Part shown: piece after piece, positions 48,664-58,436 of the stretch
How positions within the stretch are numbered: the first letter of the stretch is position 1
How the letters are laid out: every line of letters begins with the position of its first letter
Assembly: GCA_965200875.1 (NCBI GenBank)
Contig: OZ241456.1
Coordinates: 1,728,001-1,792,000 of the forward strand
DNA length: 64,000 nt
Source: Bdellovibrionales bacterium
GTDB taxonomy: Bacteria; Bdellovibrionota; Bdellovibrionia; Bdellovibrionales; UBA1609
Direction of reading: 5' to 3'
Program-made: the position numbers and the translations under genes
The notes under the pieces: model-generated
The model's input: only the letters and a program-made list of their open reading frames with translations
What the model was told of the DNA's origin: nothing
Databases searched by the model: none

Positions 48664-51405
48664 ATGACCATAAAACACGATTTACATCTTCCCAAAACAA
48701 ACTTTCCCATGAAGGCCAAACTTCCTGAAAAAGAACCAAAATTGATTCAATTTTGGCGGGAAGAAGATATTTATCAAAAGTTAATCGATAAAACAAAAAA
48801 CAAAAAACTTTTCAGTTTTATAGATGGTCCTCCTTATGCCAATGGCCCTTTACATATAGGCCATGCTTTAAACAAAATCCTGAAGGATATTGTGGTAAAA
48901 TACATGAATCTTGCCGGCAAACATTGTCCGTTTACTCCCGTATGGGACTGCCACGGGTTACCTATTGAAATGACTGCCCTTAAAAAAATCAAAAAAGAAA
49001 ACGAAGCACTTAAGCCAAAACAAATAAGGGAGTTTTGCCGAAAAGAAGCTTTATCTTGGGTGAAAACACAAAAAGAGCAATTTGAAAGATTGGGAGTCTT
49101 GGCGGATTGGAACAACCCTCTTCTCACTTTGTCTGCGGAATATGAAGCAGAAGAGCTTCGTGCAATAGCGAAAGTGGTTGAAAAAAATCTTCTTTACCGG
49201 GGCAAAAAGCCTGTTTACTGGTGCTCCACTCTTAAAACCGCCATTGCCTCTTCAGAAGCGGAATATCGCGAACGAAAAAGCCCTTCCATTTATGTGAAAT
49301 TTCTTCTGCCACGCCCTCTCAAGGAGTGGAAACTTTCAAATAAAAACTGCTATCTCGCAATATGGACCACCACCCCCTGGACCCTGCCGGCCAACCAAGG
49401 TATTTGTTTAAAACCTGATTTCACTTACGCAATTTTTGATACGGAAAAGGAATTTTTAATTCTGGCTGAAGATCTAAAAGAAAGTTTTGAAAAAACTACA
49501 GGTTTAAACCTCAAAAAAATTATTTCCTTCAAGGGAAAAGCTTTGGAAAATCAAAAAGCCAGACACCCTTTCTTAGAAAGAGACTCCTTAATTATCCTAG
49601 GAGACCATGTCACAAAAGCAGAAGGTACGGGTTGTGTTCATACTGCACCGGGGCATGGGTTGGAGGATTTTATCGTGGGCAAAAAATACAAATTACCCGT
49701 ATCCGTTCCTGTGGATGAAAAAGGCTCTTTCACCAGCTCCATGCCAGAATGGAAGGGTTTAAATGTTTTTAAAGCCAACCCTCTGATTATTGAAAAACTA
49801 AAACAAAAATCAGCCTTATTGGCGGAAACAGAAATCACACACAACTACCCTTTTAATCCCCGTTCAAACACTCCTCTGATTTTCCGAGCCACTGATCAAT
49901 GGTTCATACAATTTGATAAAACAGAACATCCTGTGCGAAAAAAATCCCTCTCTGAAATAAATCAAGAAATTCAATTTTATCCAGAATGGGGAAAAAAGCG
50001 ACTAAGTGCCATGATAAAAGCCAGTCCTGACTGGTGTCTCAGCCGGCAAAGACACTGGGGTGTGCCTATTCCTGTCTTTTACTGCAAAAAATGCAAATAC
50101 ACTTTATTGGATAAAGAAATAATAAACCAGATTGCCGACAAGATGGAGGAATCAAACGAAGGTATTGAATATTGGTTTTCCAATTCTGCGGATAAATTGC
50201 TTTCTGAAAAAAAAGTCTGTCCGCTCTGCCAAAACACAGAATGGGAAAAAGGAGAGGATATTTTAGATGTATGGTTCGATAGTGGTATTTGTCACGAAGT
50301 CTTCAGAAAAAAATACGGAGAGAAAACTTTTCCGGCGGATATTTATCTGGAAGGAAGCGATCAACATCGTGGTTGGTTTCAAACCAGCCTTAACTCCTCT
50401 GTTTGTTTAAACAGCAAAACTCCTTTTAAAGCACTGGTTACTCATTGTTTTGTAAATGATGCGGAAGGATATAAAATGAGTAAAAGCAAAGGCAATGTAG
50501 TGAGTTTGGAAAATATCATTCAACAAAGCGGTGCGGAAATCGCACGCATCTGGGTATGTAGTGAAAACTATTCACAAGATCTGCAAATCCGACCGGAAAG
50601 TTTTGAAAGAGTCAGTGAAACTTACAGAAGATTCAGAAACACCATTCGTTTCATGCTCGGAAACCTGTGTGATTTTAATCCAGAAACAGATTTGGTAACC
50701 TTCTCTGAAATACAAGATATGGACAAATGGATCTTGGGAAAACTTGCAACTCTTATTCAACAAAGCCAACTCTATTACAATAAGTTTTTATTTCATAAAA
50801 TTTACCAGGAATTGAATATTTTTTTCACAAAAGACTTATCAGCCCTTTATTTGGACATTTTAAAAGACCGACTCTACACTTTCAAAAAAGAGGGAATAAA
50901 AAGGCGGTCCGCACAAAGTGCCATTTATCTGCTATTAAAAAATCTGTTATCCTTGATGAGCCCTATTATGACCTTCCTGAGTGAGGAAGCTTATCAGTTT
51001 CTTCCGGGAAAGAAAAAAGAAAAAAGTGTTTTACTGGAGGATTTTCCAGCCGTACAGGCAGAATGGATAAAACCTGAGATACAAAAAAAATTCAGTCACT
51101 TTTTAAAAATCCGTGAAATGACTTACTCTCAAATAGAATGTATGCGAAAAGAGCAAATTATTGGCTCCAGCCTGCAAACACAGGTAAAGGTTAGCCTGCC
51201 AAAGGTCTTGTTTCAACAGATGAAAAACACATCTGATGAGCTTAGAGAGTTTCTTATTGTCTCTCAAGTGGAGATTCTTTCCGGCCAGGAAAGAAAAGTC
51301 GAAGTACAAAAAATAAAAGGGGAAAAATGCGAGAGGTGCTGGAATTACAGTGAAAAGTTGAATTTGCAAAAAATATGTCTAAAATGTATAAATAACCTAT
51401 CATAA
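48664..51405 (+). CDS. ileS: Isoleucine--tRNA ligase
   Basis: 'DGPPYANG..HIGH', 'WTTTPWTLP', 'EGSDQHRGWF', 'KMSKS', C-terminal 'CERCW' Zn finger. Confidence 0.98.
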   Translation: MTIKHDLHLPKTNFPMKAKLPEKEPKLIQFWREEDIYQKLIDKTKNKKLFSFIDGPPYANGPLHIGHALNKILKDIVVKYMNLAGKHCPFTPVWDCHGLPIEMTALKKIKKENEALKPKQIREFCRKEALSWVKTQKEQFERLGVLADWNNPLLTLSAEYEAEELRAIAKVVEKNLLYRGKKPVYWCSTLKTAIASSEAEYRERKSPSIYVKFLLPRPLKEWKLSNKNCYLAIWTTTPWTLPANQGICLKPDFTYAIFDTEKEFLILAEDLKESFEKTTGLNLKKIISFKGKALENQKARHPFLERDSLIILGDHVTKAEGTGCVHTAPGHGLEDFIVGKKYKLPVSVPVDEKGSFTSSMPEWKGLNVFKANPLIIEKLKQKSALLAETEITHNYPFNPRSNTPLIFRATDQWFIQFDKTEHPVRKKSLSEINQEIQFYPEWGKKRLSAMIKASPDWCLSRQRHWGVPIPVFYCKKCKYTLLDKEIINQIADKMEESNEGIEYWFSNSADKLLSEKKVCPLCQNTEWEKGEDILDVWFDSGICHEVFRKKYGEKTFPADIYLEGSDQHRGWFQTSLNSSVCLNSKTPFKALVTHCFVNDAEGYKMSKSKGNVVSLENIIQQSGAEIARIWVCSENYSQDLQIRPESFERVSETYRRFRNTIRFMLGNLCDFNPETDLVTFSEIQDMDKWILGKLATLIQQSQLYYNKFLFHKIYQELNIFFTKDLSALYLDILKDRLYTFKKEGIKRRSAQSAIYLLLKNLLSLMSPIMTFLSEEAYQFLPGKKKEKSVLLEDFPAVQAEWIKPEIQKKFSHFLKIREMTYSQIECMRKEQIIGSSLQTQVKVSLPKVLFQQMKNTSDELREFLIVSQVEILSGQERKVEVQKIKGEKCERCWNYSEKLNLQKICLKCINNLS

Positions 51406-51419
51406 AATACAAAAAAATT

Positions 51420-51923
51420 ATGAAAACCTATTTAAAGTACTTTATATTTCTTTCCATTTCTTTTGCCATAGTTGCGTTAGATCAAGCCACCAAGCTTATG
51501 ATCCACACACAATTTAATCTGGGAGAAAAAAAAATAATTATCCCCGGTTTTTTTAATATTACATATGTCAGAAATACAGGAGGAGTTTTTGGTTTATTCT
51601 CCCAAAGCAACGATGTCATTCGTCTATTGCTTTTTCTTATCCTGCCGGTTTTGGCTTTCGTATTAATTGTCTCCATCATACATAAACTGGAGCTTAAGCA
51701 AAAATATCAACTACTAGCTTTCTCAGGTATTTTTGGAGGAGCACTTGGAAATTACATAGATCGCGTTCACTTCGGATATGTGGTGGACTTTTTAGATTTT
51801 CATTACAAGGGTCAATCTTGGCCGGCCTTTAATGTGGGGGATATCTGCATTGTAGTGGGAGTCATATCAGCGATTGCCATTATATATGCAACAGAAGGAA
51901 AAGAAATAAAAACCCAAGAATGA
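51420..51923 (+). CDS. lspA: Lipoprotein signal peptidase II
   Basis: 'DQATK', 'NTGGVFG', 'GGALGNYIDR', 'VVDF', 'FNVGD'. Confidence 0.96.
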   Translation: MKTYLKYFIFLSISFAIVALDQATKLMIHTQFNLGEKKIIIPGFFNITYVRNTGGVFGLFSQSNDVIRLLLFLILPVLAFVLIVSIIHKLELKQKYQLLAFSGIFGGALGNYIDRVHFGYVVDFLDFHYKGQSWPAFNVGDICIVVGVISAIAIIYATEGKEIKTQE

Positions 51924-51930
51924 TATTATT

Positions 51931-52045
51931 TAGGCGGGCGTGAAAAACCCTATTGCTTCAATTATCACACTCTTTTTTCATGTACTTTCCCTTGAAAACT
52001 AAAAGCCAAGTTGTTGGCTTTTAGTCCCGTGAAAACGGGAATCCA
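51931..52045. repeat. Cluster of palindromic elements at the island border
   Basis: Copy B of the gtgaaaaaccc...ttcaattatca repeat (51931-51983); perfect 12-bp stem actaaaagccaa-gttg-ttggcttttagt (51998-52025); REP-like tcccgtgaaaacgggaatcc. Confidence 0.65.
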
Positions 52046-52170
52046 ATCAAAATAACATACTTTTTTGCGTTCTCACTAATGTAAATTATTAAAATTACTG
52101 TATTTATTTCTTCTTTTCAAGAAGGTAAAATTATGGTATAAAATTGGTGAAAAAAACTAAGGAGGATAAG

Positions 52171-52539
52171 ATGTCAAATGTAGTTCCAGGTTTTAACATA
52201 AGCACTTCTATAGGTTTGTTTGACAAAAAAGGGAATGTGAAAATTGATAAAGTTTTAAATTTTATGGATATTTCTAGAGCAGAATTGGCTGGTGCATTTG
52301 GTCTAACTGGAGATCAGCTTAGGCCGGACAGAACAGCTAACAGAACAAAAGAAGTGATAGCAGAATTGGCTGGATCTATAGAATATGTAGCAGATATTTT
52401 TTCAGGCAACGAGGAGAAAACCCGCAAATGGTTTAACTTGCCCAATATTCATTTTGGTGGTTCTACTCCTAAAAAAATTATTATGAATGGTCGTTTTCGA
52501 AGAGTAAAAAGTTTTATTTATTCCAGCCAAAAAAGATGA
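52171..52539 (+). CDS. Xre/MbcA/ParS-type antitoxin
   Basis: AGGAGG RBS; HTH-like 'SRAELAGAFGL'; C-terminal 'IFSGNEEKTRKWFNLPNIHFGGSTP'. Confidence 0.85.
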   Translation: MSNVVPGFNISTSIGLFDKKGNVKIDKVLNFMDISRAELAGAFGLTGDQLRPDRTANRTKEVIAELAGSIEYVADIFSGNEEKTRKWFNLPNIHFGGSTPKKIIMNGRFRRVKSFIYSSQKR

Positions 52540-53474
52540 AAAAAAATCGTATATATAAAAGCGAATACGCTCTTAGCCCTGAGCAATATGTTGAGTATGT
52601 TTTATGTAACTTGCAGAAAGCCAGTACACGAATCAGAATTTTTTATAAAGATTACCACACTTATTTAGCTACCGAAAGAAATCTTTTATTAGATGAAATT
52701 TTACAAAGTTTGAAAAAAGTCGGCAAGAAAATAAAAAAAGATATTTTTTATCGAGTCGTTCTTTCACAATATATGAATGATCCTTTATGCACAAGCGGAA
52801 GCCTTTCATATTCCGGTAGATTTAATTTTGGATATAATATTTCTTATGATTATCCAAAGTTCTCTTGTCTCTATGTTTCCAATCATTCTGATGGAGCAAA
52901 AAGTGAAAAATTTCCAAACCCAGATCATAAAGTATTATCTTCCGCGGAAATATCACTAATTCCAAACAGATCTTTTTTAACTTCAAGGTGTGAGGTTCAT
53001 TTAACTAAAAATTGTATTGATTTACGAACACCAGACTGTTTAAAATACTTTACACAAATTATTTCAAAGATAGAGCCTCCAGCTCGATTTCAAAAAAAAT
53101 GGAAAAAGATGAACCGAAAAGTAAGAGGACAAAGTAAAGTAGAACCATTACGAACAATAAAAACACTACAACAATTATATCAGGCTTTGTTTGAAATATA
53201 CTACGAGCAATGGATGACTTTTCTGGATGTTCCGTCAAACTCTCAATGGTTTGGTTATTATGTAAAATCAGCTGGAATTGAAGCCATTATTTACCCATCT
53301 ATCAGGCATAAAAATTATTACAATATGGCAATTTATCCTGACAACTTTGGGCCTAAAAGTTATGTGCGTCTGGCTGATCTCCATAAATCAGTCCCACAAG
53401 ACAGAAAAGAAATCAATAAAAGCAACCATAGATTTTTTGAATATTCTTGTGATAACTTATCATCTAGTCAATAA
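52536..53474 (+). CDS. RES-domain toxin (putative NAD+-consuming)
   Basis: 'FYRV...SGRFN...CLYVS...AKSE...SQWFG...GIEAIIYPSIR...NMAIYPDN'; ATGA overlap with the antitoxin. Confidence 0.85.
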   Translation: MKKNRIYKSEYALSPEQYVEYVLCNLQKASTRIRIFYKDYHTYLATERNLLLDEILQSLKKVGKKIKKDIFYRVVLSQYMNDPLCTSGSLSYSGRFNFGYNISYDYPKFSCLYVSNHSDGAKSEKFPNPDHKVLSSAEISLIPNRSFLTSRCEVHLTKNCIDLRTPDCLKYFTQIISKIEPPARFQKKWKKMNRKVRGQSKVEPLRTIKTLQQLYQALFEIYYEQWMTFLDVPSNSQWFGYYVKSAGIEAIIYPSIRHKNYYNMAIYPDNFGPKSYVRLADLHKSVPQDRKEINKSNHRFFEYSCDNLSSSQ

Positions 53475-54323
53475 TATGGTGTACATTCCCTTGAAAACTT
53501 ACCCTTGTTTTGGATTAGAAGTTTTAGGTCAATGTAGTTATGATCCAACAAACCCAATAGTCTATTTTTCTATAGGCCAGCTGATTCCTCTTTTTATCAT
53601 TGCCATTGCTGTTTATCAAATTTTAGACCCTATATTAAAATTACGGATCAAATCAAATAAAATCTTTCAATTTACATTTAATTTTTCTCGTTTAGAGAAC
53701 TGGATACATAAACTTACACTTCCAGAACCGTTTCAACCATTTACCTTGTTTTTAAAATTTTTTGTTCACTCTGTTAAAATAAAATGTTTCTTTTATTTAG
53801 TCCTAATCTCTATATGTACCATTTTTTTCTCTAGTATTATTCCTTCCATTCCAAATTTTTATAAAATTCCGATTATTGGATACCCTATATTTTGGGAGAT
53901 ACTTTCTGGATTGATTCTCTCATTTTTAGGGTTTTATTTTATTAAGATCATCAGCAAACCTGCTCAGTTAAATAGACACAATTACAAAGAATTTTTTGAA
54001 AGGGCTTTAGATATTATTGATCGTAGAGAAGAAAAAGAAATAGTCCCCTTAGCTAAAGAGCTGACACCTTCCTTAAAAACCATAATATCCATTTGTAGAG
54101 AGTATGAAGAGTTTTACTCACATGTTCAAAATTTAGCTTATAAAAAATATGCACCAAATGCAAATTCTATCTTACTGAATAAACTAGACCAATTTATTAA
54201 ACAGGATAAAGACTTACAAAGAATGGTTCAATTAAACGAATTTCAATATTATTGTTTCAAAATTTTAGATCTGCTATCTGTTCTTGACCCCCAAAATTTG
54301 GCTACCTTCTAAAAGGAGGTAAA

Positions 54324-54710
54324 ATGGATAGATTTTCCAAAAAGATTTCAAAAAATCAAAGATTTTTGATACTTTCAGAGCATTTTCAAGGTGGTCTCAG
54401 TATTTCCGAATTATCACGGAAGTATCAGATTCAAGCCGCAACTATTTATCAATGGAGGAGAGAGAAAATGCGCAGAGAAAAGAAAGCAACAGGATTAGAC
54501 CAAGAGGAATTGCTTTTAGAGATAAATCGTTTAAAGGTGGAGAACTCTCGTTTAAAGCATACTGTAGCTGATCAAGCATTGGATATCACCACTCTTAAGC
54601 AATGGAATGAGTTTATGAAAAAAAAGTGGAGGGAAGAAAAACTGAATTTGCAAAAGAGTTTATCATCCACTGCTCAGCGATCTGCTGTAAAAAAAGATTT
54701 TGTGAGTTAA
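54324..54710 (+). CDS. IS3 transposase OrfA (HTH)
   Basis: AAGGAGG RBS; 'SISELSRKYQIQAATIYQWR'; leucine zipper 'EINRLKVENSRLK'. Confidence 0.9.
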   Translation: MDRFSKKISKNQRFLILSEHFQGGLSISELSRKYQIQAATIYQWRREKMRREKKATGLDQEELLLEINRLKVENSRLKHTVADQALDITTLKQWNEFMKKKWREEKLNLQKSLSSTAQRSAVKKDFVS

Positions 54711-55513
54711 TAGGGATTCATCCAAAGTCTCTTTACAAAGTGAGTGAGAGGAGAAGTGTTAAGATGAAGATAAAGGATAAAGATAAGCAAATTTTATCAG
54801 GGATAAGAGCTGTGATAAAGGATCGTCCCACTTATGGTTACAAGCGTGTAACGGCTCTTTACAACAAGGAGAGGGTTTTAAAGGGTTTAAGCAAGTATAA
54901 TAAGAAGCGTATTTATCGTGTAATGAAAGAAAATGGCCTTTTGTTACCCAAAGCTGTCAGCAGAAGGGAAGGGCATAAGAGTACAGGAAAAGTGATGACA
55001 TTGTATTCCAATACGAGGTGGTGTTCTGATTGTTTTGAAATTCATTGTTTTAATGGAGAGAAGGTGTATGTTTCTTTTGTGTTAGACACATGTGACAGGG
55101 AGATTTTAAGCTTTACGGCGTCGTTAAAGCCTCTTTTATCAGAAGAAGACATACAGGGTTTGATGATTAGTGCTGTAGAAGGGCGATTTGATGCTTGTCG
55201 AACAAATAGAGAGATTGAATTTTTATCGGATCGAGGGAGTATTTACAGAGCGTATAATGTGCAGGTATTGGCCCGCCAGCTGGGTTTAAAGCCTTGTTTT
55301 ACGAGGGCTTACAGTCCAGAGAGTAATGGTATGGCAGAGGCTTTTGTAAAGACAATAAAACGAGATTATGTGTATGTGAATGACTGCTCCTGTGCTGAAG
55401 ACACTATGAAATTATTAAAAGAATGGATATATGATTATAACCATAAAGCTCCCCATTCAGCACTTGGCATGAAGTCACCTGTGGAGTATATTAAATCAAC
55501 ACAAATGAGGTAG
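54626..55513 (+). CDS. IS3 transposase OrfB (DDE), -1 frame relative to OrfA
   Basis: 'YGYKRV', 'WCSD', 'LDTCDRE', 'SDRGS', 'SNGMAEAFVKTIK', 'PHSALG'; A_AAA_AAG slippery site at 54620-54626. Confidence 0.92.
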   Translation: MEGRKTEFAKEFIIHCSAICCKKRFCELIGIHPKSLYKVSERRSVKMKIKDKDKQILSGIRAVIKDRPTYGYKRVTALYNKERVLKGLSKYNKKRIYRVMKENGLLLPKAVSRREGHKSTGKVMTLYSNTRWCSDCFEIHCFNGEKVYVSFVLDTCDREILSFTASLKPLLSEEDIQGLMISAVEGRFDACRTNREIEFLSDRGSIYRAYNVQVLARQLGLKPCFTRAYSPESNGMAEAFVKTIKRDYVYVNDCSCAEDTMKLLKEWIYDYNHKAPHSALGMKSPVEYIKSTQMR

Positions 55514-56676
55514 CCAAAAATAGGGGCCACTCCATATCTGATAAAATGTTTTGCAAGATGGTTGCCTGCAAAGTTCCTAGGTTTTTTGAAGAGTTTTTAT
55601 CCCATACTTCATTTAATAGTTATCGGTTCTCTGAAAAAAGAAAAGTTTTGGCAAATATTATGAAATCCTCATTTGAAAATGAAGATTCTATTTTAAATAG
55701 AGAAAACCAATATGATGGATTAAGAAGTGTGAGAAATTTAACAGGTCTTTTATTTGAAAACCATGCACTGCTACAACAATATTCTTTTAGTTCCCTCATT
55801 TCTGGGATGGAGCGAGTGAAGTTTACAAAAAAGTGGCAAATTGAACTGTACTTCTCTTGTTTAAAAGTAGCACTTACATTTTCTTTCAATGTAAAGTGTC
55901 ATCAAACTTTAATACATATTCATGATGGTTTCTTGAAAATTGCATATATTTTAAATGATATTTTATGTAGCCAGTTTCATTTTGAAGAAAAAGTAAGTTT
56001 TTTCGATCAAGTAAGTTTTGAAATACACAACATATTATATTTTATAAATGAAGATAAAATTAAAACTTATAGCTCTAACCACCCCAATCTTTTTCCTATA
56101 GGTTTTCATCACTCTGATAAAAGAAACTGGCCTGAAGTTTCTTTATATCATATTCTAGCAAAGTCTATCTTGGATTTACTTATAAATCTTTCCAGCATCA
56201 ATGTAAAAAGTTCTGATGAACAATTCTCTGTTCGGCAAACAGGATCGAGTTTATTGTTGAGCTTGCTCAGAAATCTGCGCCAAGAAAATAAGAAAGTTTC
56301 TGAAATATTAATCAGTTATATTAAATTTTATATAAATGAAAATAATTTGAAAAGAAGATGGTATCCGTACTTCACCAAATATATGGTTTTAGTCTTTGGA
56401 TTACATTATCCTTCAAAAAAAGAAAAAAAATATGAATGGGATAACTTGAAAAGTTATATTTTAGATACACTAAAAAAGACATTTCATTCCCTATACACTA
56501 TTGAAAAAGAATTTGCTTTAAGTTTACTCCCTTTTGGTGTGTCTTATGATCCCTCAAAAAAAATTATAACCCAAATTATAAATAAAGAAGAAAGCACTTT
56601 ACAATGTGAATGAAACAAATAAAATAACAGAACTTTCCGAGTACACTTTGATATTGTTCTTTAATATAAAAACAGT

Positions 56677-57627
56677 TCAATCATTCAAAAGAAAAAGTGT
56701 CTCTAGCTCCTGCGCTTTTATTCTTTGTAAGATTTTATTGATAGGATAGTAATCTGTTACTTCTATTTTTTCTTTTTCATTTCCTTTTTCATCAATAATA
56801 TATATTCGGCCACAATATTCTGGGTTAAATTGATACTGAAAACCATATTCCAATGTTTCATAAAAGAAAAAACAAAAAATAAGTCTTCTTTTAATCTCTT
56901 TTACAGGGTCCATTGTATAACAGTCAACAATCGCTCTTTGCTTGTGATCTGCCGATGGTTGACCGTTAATAGCTGTGTGAATAAACTCACAATCCCCCAT
57001 ATCCGCATTATATTTAATTTTTGTTTTTTTTATAATTTCCACAAGGGTATTAATATCTGGATTTTTACTATCTGGAATGGTAAAACCTCTTTCATTAAGT
57101 AAATGATTAGCACAATGTCTTAAGACAGGTAAATTCTCTTTAGAGATCAATTTCCCTATGTCCAATCTGATTTTCTGCAATAAATTTTTATCTGAAATAT
57201 GGTCACTCCATTCCATCTTTGAAAATCTATCCCATGAGAGATAAGCTATAAGCATATTATAAATATCTGGCAAAATATTTATACACTCTTGAGCAAAACT
57301 TTCAGCGTAATTATTGTCCCTTTGATGTCTTTCTTTAAGTTTTTCTTTTATACATTTTTCTGGAAGTTTGCTTTTTAATTCATTTTCCCAATGCTCCTTT
57401 ATTGCAACACACTCAATAGTGTTCTTATCAAGTAGCGATTGAGGTATAGTAATTTCTCTAATAATTTTTTTTATACCTTCTATCCCAGCATATTCCAAAA
57501 GAGCCAAAGGTAAAATCGCCTCTTTTACAGGTGCTCCTTGATATTTGTCTAAAAATTTTTTGGCTAAAAAACCTTTAGACACTTTACCTCTTAAATTTTG
57601 ATCTAAATGGTATGTATAAGTGTTCAT
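56677..57627 (-). CDS. Hypothetical protein, possible PIN-like domain
   Basis: AAGGA RBS; acidic pattern 'YHLDQN ... LLEY ... DMGDCEFI ... YTMD'. Confidence 0.5.
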   Translation of the reverse strand: MNTYTYHLDQNLRGKVSKGFLAKKFLDKYQGAPVKEAILPLALLEYAGIEGIKKIIREITIPQSLLDKNTIECVAIKEHWENELKSKLPEKCIKEKLKERHQRDNNYAESFAQECINILPDIYNMLIAYLSWDRFSKMEWSDHISDKNLLQKIRLDIGKLISKENLPVLRHCANHLLNERGFTIPDSKNPDINTLVEIIKKTKIKYNADMGDCEFIHTAINGQPSADHKQRAIVDCYTMDPVKEIKRRLIFCFFFYETLEYGFQYQFNPEYCGRIYIIDEKGNEKEKIEVTDYYPINKILQRIKAQELETLFLLND

Positions 57628-57752
57628 ATTTATTCCTTATAAAATACATTAACAGATTTTTCCCAGACGACTGATTACCTGAAAGACCAAAAAAGCCTTT
57701 CTGAACTACACCACTTAAGAAAGAAATCCATCGCTTTTTTGAACCCAGTTTA

Positions 57753-58385
57753 TTATAGAAAATCCAGCTGATGGTTTTGTTGATCTAAAATAAAACCCTT
57801 CTGGCTTTTATTTTTCTTAAAATTGATTGCATCTCCTATTGTTTTTCCCATCAATTTCCTTAAGTCAATTACTGAACCGAACTTTAAAAATACATCAAAA
57901 AACCTTTTGTAATTCTTCCCCCAATACACCATTGCACAAGACATGGGTGCACCTTTACTTATTTTATCTCCATTTTCCAGAAACTTCAAACGGGTTTCAT
58001 ATAAAAAACATATACCAACAGCTTTGCTCCATACATATTCTTTCCAATGACTGGTATTGGTAGCGACGGGAATTAAAGCCAACACTTCAGAATGAAAATA
58101 TTGATTCGCGTGTGCGCATTTATACAACCAGTTTTTTATTGTTGTTCCTCGCATTCGATTTGACCCATAAGGAGGGTTCACATATATTGTTTTATAATTC
58201 CATTTTTTACTCAAACCATCATTTTCAGGTAAAGAAAATTCTTTCTTTGCTTTAACTATTGACCACTGGTTCGAGCAGGGATCAAGACATATTGTGCCTC
58301 CAAATACTTCTCTAACTGCTGAAACATATCTATCAGGTGTACACCAATGAATACTTTGAGAGTGAACTGTGCGCCCAGCTGTCAT
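57753..58385 (-). CDS. DNA N6-adenine methyltransferase (phage Dam-like family)
   Basis: 'WCTP', 'LDPCS', 'DGLSKKW...YVNPPYG', 'LIPVATNTSHW', 'RLKF'. Confidence 0.85.
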   Translation of the reverse strand: MTAGRTVHSQSIHWCTPDRYVSAVREVFGGTICLDPCSNQWSIVKAKKEFSLPENDGLSKKWNYKTIYVNPPYGSNRMRGTTIKNWLYKCAHANQYFHSEVLALIPVATNTSHWKEYVWSKAVGICFLYETRLKFLENGDKISKGAPMSCAMVYWGKNYKRFFDVFLKFGSVIDLRKLMGKTIGDAINFKKNKSQKGFILDQQNHQLDFL

Positions 58386-58436
58386 TTTAGTATCTCCTTA
58401 GTGCAATCATGTATAACTATCAAATAAAAAAATTAC

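Larger units (their letters stand above)
54279..55534 (+). mobile_element. IS3-family insertion sequence (1256 bp)
   Basis: TG...CA ends; imperfect terminal inverted repeats sharing CCCC..TTTGGCTACCT; 4-bp target duplication TATC (54275-54278 and 55535-55538); orfA/orfB organisation. Confidence 0.95.
53476..56613 (+). pseudogene. Hypothetical multi-TM protein (625 aa reconstructed), interrupted by an IS3-family element
   Basis: Removing the IS and one TATC copy joins ...ILDLLS to DKMFCKMVAC... in frame (53476-54278 plus 55539-56613 = 1878 nt). Confidence 0.85.

Noticed and set aside
53278..53475. TTG start at 53278 for the membrane gene
   Set aside because: It overlaps the RES gene by about 200 nt; ATG 53476 immediately after the RES stop is more plausible.
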